From: a virus
Lineage: Duplodnaviria > Caudoviricetes
Direction: 5' to 3' (one strand)
DNA length: 40,165 nucleotides
IMG/VR virus record: IMGVR_UViG_3300018757_000006
Coordinates: 1 to 40,165 of that record
Part shown: one piece after another, positions 35,936 through 40,165 of the stretch
Position numbering within the stretch: the first letter of the stretch is position 1
Layout of the letters: each line of letters starts with the position of its first letter
Notes under the pieces: generated by a model
Seen by the model: the letters and a program-made list of their open reading frames with translations, nothing else
What the model was told of the DNA's origin: nothing
The model's database searches: none
Program-made: the position numbers and the translations under genes

Positions 35936-36574
35936 ATGATCAAAGCGTTCCATGAAGTAGTGAGGAAAGAGTTTCCTTTTGAAGTTCGCAAATATTTTGT
36001 TCCAGCTGTAAAAAAGGGTTATGCATTACATAATATGTTGATAAACGATCATGCGTTCTTACAGGACTTCGTTGGCATGAATGTGTACGCTAGATTGCGT
36101 AATATCAGTGTTGCATTTGCATTACGCGAGACTGTGTCTATCAATAAGCTGCCAATAACTTGCAACGATGTTCGTAACCCAAGGAACGGTCACCGAAGAC
36201 TTGAATTGGTTACTTCAAACGCTATAATGACTATTAGTCAAGTGAAACGCCCTAGAGAAGTACCACGTACTTCTTCTTTCAGAATGGCGAGAAGCATGAA
36301 TAACGATCAATTGACAATGTTCGACGAGCATTTTGGTGACCCAAACATGGGTGAGCCATATTATTTCATCATGACTCACGGAACGCCTTTGAATCATAAT
36401 CATCCAGAATTTGTTTATCTTGGCGCCCCTGTACCTGGTGCTAACAAGTGGGTTGATCAATTACCATTGCATAAAGAACCGTTCGAAATTTTTAAACCAG
36501 ATATTGAAGAGATTGAAGAATCATTGCCGTATCTAAAAGAAGAAATTAGAAAAGGAGTGCTAGGAAATGGCTAG
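35936..36574 (+). CDS. Unknown protein, candidate toxin/effector partner of HTH-M78
   Basis: 212 aa, AT-rich, overlaps the next gene by 8 bp; no family recognised. Confidence 0.65.
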   Translation: MIKAFHEVVRKEFPFEVRKYFVPAVKKGYALHNMLINDHAFLQDFVGMNVYARLRNISVAFALRETVSINKLPITCNDVRNPRNGHRRLELVTSNAIMTISQVKRPREVPRTSSFRMARSMNNDQLTMFDEHFGDPNMGEPYYFIMTHGTPLNHNHPEFVYLGAPVPGANKWVDQLPLHKEPFEIFKPDIEEIEESLPYLKEEIRKGVLGNG

Positions 36575-37736
36575 GCATTTCAAACCTAACATTTCGGGCT
36601 TTTCAAACCCAAAACCAGAACAACTTAAGATGGCACGTCTAGCGAGAGGTCTTTCGGTAACTGATTTGTCCGGATTGATAGGGGTGACTAAGCAAGCCAT
36701 CTCTCAGTACGAAAACGGAAAGAGTGTTCCTAGCGCTGATACATTATCCAAGCTAATTCAAGTACTTAAATTTCCTGCTTCGTTTTTTATGGCTCCAATT
36801 AAAAGTTCAAAACACGAGCCAGTTACCTTTTTTCGCTCTTTGAAATCAGCAACTCAGAAAGCAAGAGGTATGCAAAGTGTACGCTCTGACTTTTTGGAGT
36901 GGACATATAACTACCTGAGTAACTACTTGGAATTCCCGTCTTTGAATCTACCCAAAATATCCGAGGACATATTACAAAATCCTTCTGAAGATGATATTGA
37001 GGATATTGCTTCCCTCGTTAGGAGGCACTGGGGTATAGGTGAAGGTCCAATTAGCAATGTAATTTTGTTGATGGAAAGAAATGGAATTGTCATGGGGAAT
37101 AGTCAATCTATAGATGAAAAATTAGATGCTTTTTCCGAGATGAGAGACCGTCCATTTATTATTCTTGGTGATAATAAAAAATCAGCAGCAAGGGCACGTT
37201 TTAATGCAGCCCATGAATTAGGTCATATGATTTTGCATACATGGATACCTAAGGAAGAGTTGGATGAGGTTTTATTAAAAAAAATTGAACGTGAAGCAAA
37301 CCTTTTTGCTGGAGCATTTTTGTTGCCGAGGAGTACGTTTGGAAATGAAGTAATGTCGTCTTCTTTAGAACACTTTATAGATCTGAAGAGAAGGTGGAAA
37401 GTTTCAATACAAGCAATGATATATAGGTGCTCCGAACTAGGTATACTAACAGATAACCAGGTTCTATATTTAAGAAAACAAATGTCGGCTAGGAAAATGA
37501 ACAAAAAAGAGCCATTAGATGATTACCTAGAGAGAGAACAACCAACAATCATAAAACGTTCAATTAAAATGCTTGTTGAACATAGGGTGCTAACCCCAGA
37601 GGAAATTGTGGATAACTTATGTTTACCTTCTGATGAAATTCAAGAATTGTTTAATATTGAAAAAGGATTTTTTAATGAAGTAGATAACATTGTTCCATTA
37701 AGACTCATCAAAACTAATGACACTAACGCAAATTAA
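36567..37736 (+). CDS. XRE-HTH + ImmA/IrrE (M78) zinc peptidase fusion
   Basis: LK.ARLARGLS...L...IGVTKQAISQYENG; R.RFNAAHELGHMILH (HExxH); EREANLFAGAFLLP; W.VSIQAMIYR. Confidence 0.9.
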   Translation: MARHFKPNISGFSNPKPEQLKMARLARGLSVTDLSGLIGVTKQAISQYENGKSVPSADTLSKLIQVLKFPASFFMAPIKSSKHEPVTFFRSLKSATQKARGMQSVRSDFLEWTYNYLSNYLEFPSLNLPKISEDILQNPSEDDIEDIASLVRRHWGIGEGPISNVILLMERNGIVMGNSQSIDEKLDAFSEMRDRPFIILGDNKKSAARARFNAAHELGHMILHTWIPKEELDEVLLKKIEREANLFAGAFLLPRSTFGNEVMSSSLEHFIDLKRRWKVSIQAMIYRCSELGILTDNQVLYLRKQMSARKMNKKEPLDDYLEREQPTIIKRSIKMLVEHRVLTPEEIVDNLCLPSDEIQELFNIEKGFFNEVDNIVPLRLIKTNDTNAN

Positions 37737-37769
37737 GATTTATTACCGCCCTTTAAGGGCGTTTTTTAT

Positions 37770-37815
37770 TTGCATGTTCGCATGTTGTTCGCATATAATA
37801 TAGGAACAAATGTTC
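37770..37815 (+). promoter_or_regulatory. SOS-regulated promoter with LexA (Cheo) box
   Basis: TTGCAT-18 bp-TATAAT(37794-37799), then perfect GAAC-AAAT-GTTC at 37804-37815. Confidence 0.8.
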
Positions 37816-37834
37816 TTATTTGGAGGCGAACTAC

Positions 37835-38050
37835 GTGGTAAAGGAACTGCAACGCGTCATAGAGCATCAGCAACATATTCGGATCATCTATTTGGACCGG
37901 GATGGCCAGACAACAATGCGAACCTTGCGACCGCTGGAGGTTACAGGAGATCGCCTGAAAGCATATTGCCTCACACGTAAGGCACCAAGGGCCTTTGTCA
38001 TCGACAACATTCTCGCTGTTGCGCCGGTGGTGAGCAGCTGTGCTGTCTGA
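37835..38050 (+). CDS. Stand-alone WYL-like domain protein
   Basis: IRIIYLDRDGQTTMRTLRP.....L.AYCLTRKAPRAF..DNIL; GTG after GGAGG. Confidence 0.72.
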   Translation: MVKELQRVIEHQQHIRIIYLDRDGQTTMRTLRPLEVTGDRLKAYCLTRKAPRAFVIDNILAVAPVVSSCAV

Positions 38051-38282
38051 TATCGAACGGAAAGTGTTACGTGTCATCGGGAATTACTCTGCCGGCCGCC
38101 GCCGCACGCCGTCGGTAGATGAATTGTGCGTCAAGACCGGGCGTAATAGGGGCGGTATTATGACAGTGCTTGAAGTTCTTGCGAAAGATGATTATATCGA
38201 GTGGCAGCGATCAGATCCTGACAAGATCGTTATTCTTGAAGCATGGGAAAGAAAGGGGCCAGTAACGTGGCGAGCAAGGTAG
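38040..38282 (+). CDS. LexA-N-terminal-like winged-helix protein (no peptidase domain)
   Basis: LSDIERKVLR.I.......R.TPSVDEL...TG.......L..L....YI resembles the LexA DNA-binding domain. Confidence 0.6.
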   Translation: MLSDIERKVLRVIGNYSAGRRRTPSVDELCVKTGRNRGGIMTVLEVLAKDDYIEWQRSDPDKIVILEAWERKGPVTWRAR

Positions 38283-38608
38283 AGAACATATTTGGCGCGA
38301 GTAGGTGGGTGCTACCAGAGCAACGGGCGCTTTATTTGCAAATGAAGGAAGACGAGAAGCTGATTCCGCAGCCGACCCTAGAACAAGACGAGCTCGAGTC
38401 TTTCCACTATATGATCCGTGATTCTGCGAGGGAGGATTACGCTATTACAGTTTCCTGGTGGAGTCATATGAAAGGCGATCTTGGATCCACCTGTACTATG
38501 TGGGGCGTGGTCAAATGGATTGATCAACAGGGGCGGCGAATCAAGCTGGTAAATGACACTGACGTTCAGTGGATCGATATGGACCGCATTGTCGATGTCA
38601 AAGGGTAG
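38267..38608 (+). CDS. YolD-like protein
   Basis: SRWVLPEQR..........P.LEQDELE...G.V.WID...IKL......WIDMDRIVDV. Confidence 0.8.
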   Translation: MASKVENIFGASRWVLPEQRALYLQMKEDEKLIPQPTLEQDELESFHYMIRDSAREDYAITVSWWSHMKGDLGSTCTMWGVVKWIDQQGRRIKLVNDTDVQWIDMDRIVDVKG

Positions 38609-38664
38609 AGAAAAAGAGGCAGCTCGGATTAAGAATAATGTCCCCAGTCTTAAATCGAAATAAG

Positions 38665-38703
38665 CAAGAAAAAGAGATGCTTTGAAGGCATCTCTTTTTC
38701 TTG
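38665..38703. terminator. Bidirectional terminator
   Basis: CAAGAAAAAGAGATGC-TTTGAAG-GCATCTCTTTTTCTTG between convergent genes. Confidence 0.85.
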
Positions 38704-38804
38704 ACTAAACAGTTAACCTTTGTCTCGGATAACTCGCCGTCACGCACGATTATTATATGTATAGAGAATATCACACATTCTAAAATTAGTAAAGTGATAA
38801 TAAT

Positions 38805-39827
38805 CTATTTAATCCCTACTTTAGACCAGTCTGAAATATTTTTTCGGCCCATTCTTTCGAATATCTTAATCAGTATATTTTTTTCACGTCTTGAAATACA
38901 ACGTTTAAAATAAAAATCATTAACTAATTTCCTTATGTCCTTTAAACTTTCGAATTGAGAAAGCACTAACAAAGTATCATATAATTTTAGTTCATAGTAA
39001 GTTGAAACACCAGCAGTATTAGTTTTTGTTCTCAAACCTAAATCATTTATCATTCCTGCATCAATTCTTAAGTTATTTGGAGTGCGAAACCTATTAACGA
39101 GTTGAAAATGTGCACAAGTATTTCTTAATTCAATGAAAATTCGTATTGAGTTTATAAACTTTTGTTTATCTATGTATTTCATTCCCATATCTTCAATGAC
39201 TTTTTCAAAAACACTTTTTTCAAATCCCAAGAGCAACTTAAAAAGAGCGCCAAACTCAAGAACTTTAATTGTTACCCAGAACGGCGGGTAATCATAAGTA
39301 GATATGTAAGAATATTTCGCTTTACAAAATTCAATATAATTAGCATAAGTATTACCGTTGAACTGGATATTTGTATTAAATATTTTGTGCTTTGAAATAT
39401 TATATGCTACATCCCTAGGTAAACTTAAATGATTTGAACGTGGATCGGTATAATTATTAATATCAATGTAACATGAGGAATCAGCAGCTGTTAAGAAATA
39501 TTTTTCACAAAATCTATATGCCATAGAAGTTTTTAATCGAAGTTCAAATCTGTCCAATATTTTCAAAATCTCTATATTTAATCTCTTATCGAAATCGTAC
39601 AATAGTAGAAAATCCTCGAAATATTTCTCTTTGTACTCTTTGTTAACAGCTTTAGAATCTATTAACAACAATGTCTCAAATCCATTTATTAAATCAAAAT
39701 AATTTTTCTCTATTAAATGTAGTTTAGCTTTTTCTTCGTTCCTAATAATTAGTTTTCTCTGCTTTAACAATGCGATCTGTTCATCTAGCGACTTAAATGC
39801 TTTAGTAACATGTGTTCGGTTACTCAA
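38805..39827 (-). CDS. Abi family (Abi_2, AbiD/AbiF-like) HEPN RNase
   Basis: K.FKS.DEQI.LL..R.L.I, NYFDLINGF, LY.FD..L....L..L..FE..LKT, PPFWV....LEFG.L, LRNTCAH (Rx4H). Very AT-rich. Confidence 0.9.
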   Translation of the reverse strand: MSNRTHVTKAFKSLDEQIALLKQRKLIIRNEEKAKLHLIEKNYFDLINGFETLLLIDSKAVNKEYKEKYFEDFLLLYDFDKRLNIEILKILDRFELRLKTSMAYRFCEKYFLTAADSSCYIDINNYTDPRSNHLSLPRDVAYNISKHKIFNTNIQFNGNTYANYIEFCKAKYSYISTYDYPPFWVTIKVLEFGALFKLLLGFEKSVFEKVIEDMGMKYIDKQKFINSIRIFIELRNTCAHFQLVNRFRTPNNLRIDAGMINDLGLRTKTNTAGVSTYYELKLYDTLLVLSQFESLKDIRKLVNDFYFKRCISRREKNILIKIFERMGRKNISDWSKVGIK

Positions 39828-39962
39828 ATAAATCTCTCCAATGTTCTATTTTATAACATAAAATATTTTCGAATTTTTCTATCAATCTCTATATGATCTA
39901 ATCTTACCTAAACAAACAACAAAAATCACTCTTTATTATACGTATATCAGGGGAGGTACTCC

Positions 39963-39983
39963 TGGGGACGAAATGGGGACGGG
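39963..39983. repeat. Putative integrase arm-type sites (right)
   Basis: TGGGGACGAAA-TGGGGACGGG matches the tandem at 444..465. Confidence 0.7.
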
Positions 39984-40034
39984 CTTCACTTGGAATCGCA
40001 AAATTTCACTCAGATATGAACGGATACGAACGTG

Positions 40035-40061
40035 AAAAACCCTTGATTATCAAGGGTTTTT
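40035..40061. repeat. Inverted repeat, twin of 367..393
   Basis: AAAAACCCTTG-ATTAT-CAAGGGTTTTT. Confidence 0.7.
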
Positions 40062-40095
40062 GAGATTGGCTCGGATTCACAATCTGAATTATTTT

Positions 40096-40147
40096 CACTG
40101 GCAGTGTAGAGGTCAGCGGTTCGATCCCGCTATGCTCCACCATAAAG
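40096..40147 (+). repeat. attR core (3' half of tRNA-Ala)
   Basis: 52-bp exact copy of 307..358; lacks the tRNA 5' half. Confidence 0.96.
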
Positions 40148-40165
40148 AAGTCGCGAAACGCTTGG

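Larger units (their letters stand above)
307..40147. mobile_element. Complete temperate prophage (podovirus-like morphogenesis module) integrated at tRNA-Ala
   Basis: Flanking 52-bp direct repeats, integrase next to attL, and a full set of lysogeny, replication, packaging, head/tail and lysis modules with no obvious broken core gene. Confidence 0.95.

Noticed and set aside
39851-39878. Second dif-like site (TTATAACATAA-AATATT-TTCGAATTTTT)
   Set aside because: Only part of the XerD-like arm matches, the other arm is poor, and the region is so AT-rich that chance is likely.
40096-40142. Apparent second tRNA-Ala at the right end
   Set aside because: Only the 3' half is present. It is the attR duplication, not a functional gene.

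Overview
The window holds one apparently complete temperate prophage of about 39.8 kb (39,789 bp between two 52-bp direct repeats at 307..358 and 40096..40147). It is integrated in the 3' half of a tRNA-Ala(GGC) gene. The host is a Bacillales-type bacterium, inferred from sigma-A promoters, Cheo-type SOS boxes and ImmA/YolD genes. Gene order: tyrosine integrase, ImmA peptidase, double-HTH repressor | cro, antirepressor, excisionase, small early genes | DUF2800 nuclease, DUF2815 SSB, PolA, SpoVK/CbbX-like AAA+ ATPase, VapE primase-helicase with iteron origin, VRR-NUC, SNF2 helicase, late activator | terminases, portal, scaffold, capsid, podovirus-type adaptor/nozzle/fibre and three putative ejection proteins | XhlA, holin, amidase | accessory region (unknown ORF plus HTH-M78 pair, SOS-controlled WYL/LexA-DBD/YolD cassette, AbiF-like HEPN protein). 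The most notable non-coding signals read from the sequence are: (1) a type II hammerhead ribozyme at 5031..5125 with a two-hairpin insert that can alternatively pair with its own catalytic core; (2) a 28-bp Xer/dif-like site at 17224..17251 between terS and terL; (3) three antisense promoter-terminator micro-units inside the early operon. The phage also carries a Tad2 (DUF2829) anti-defence homolog. All family calls come from motif recognition by eye, not from database searches.
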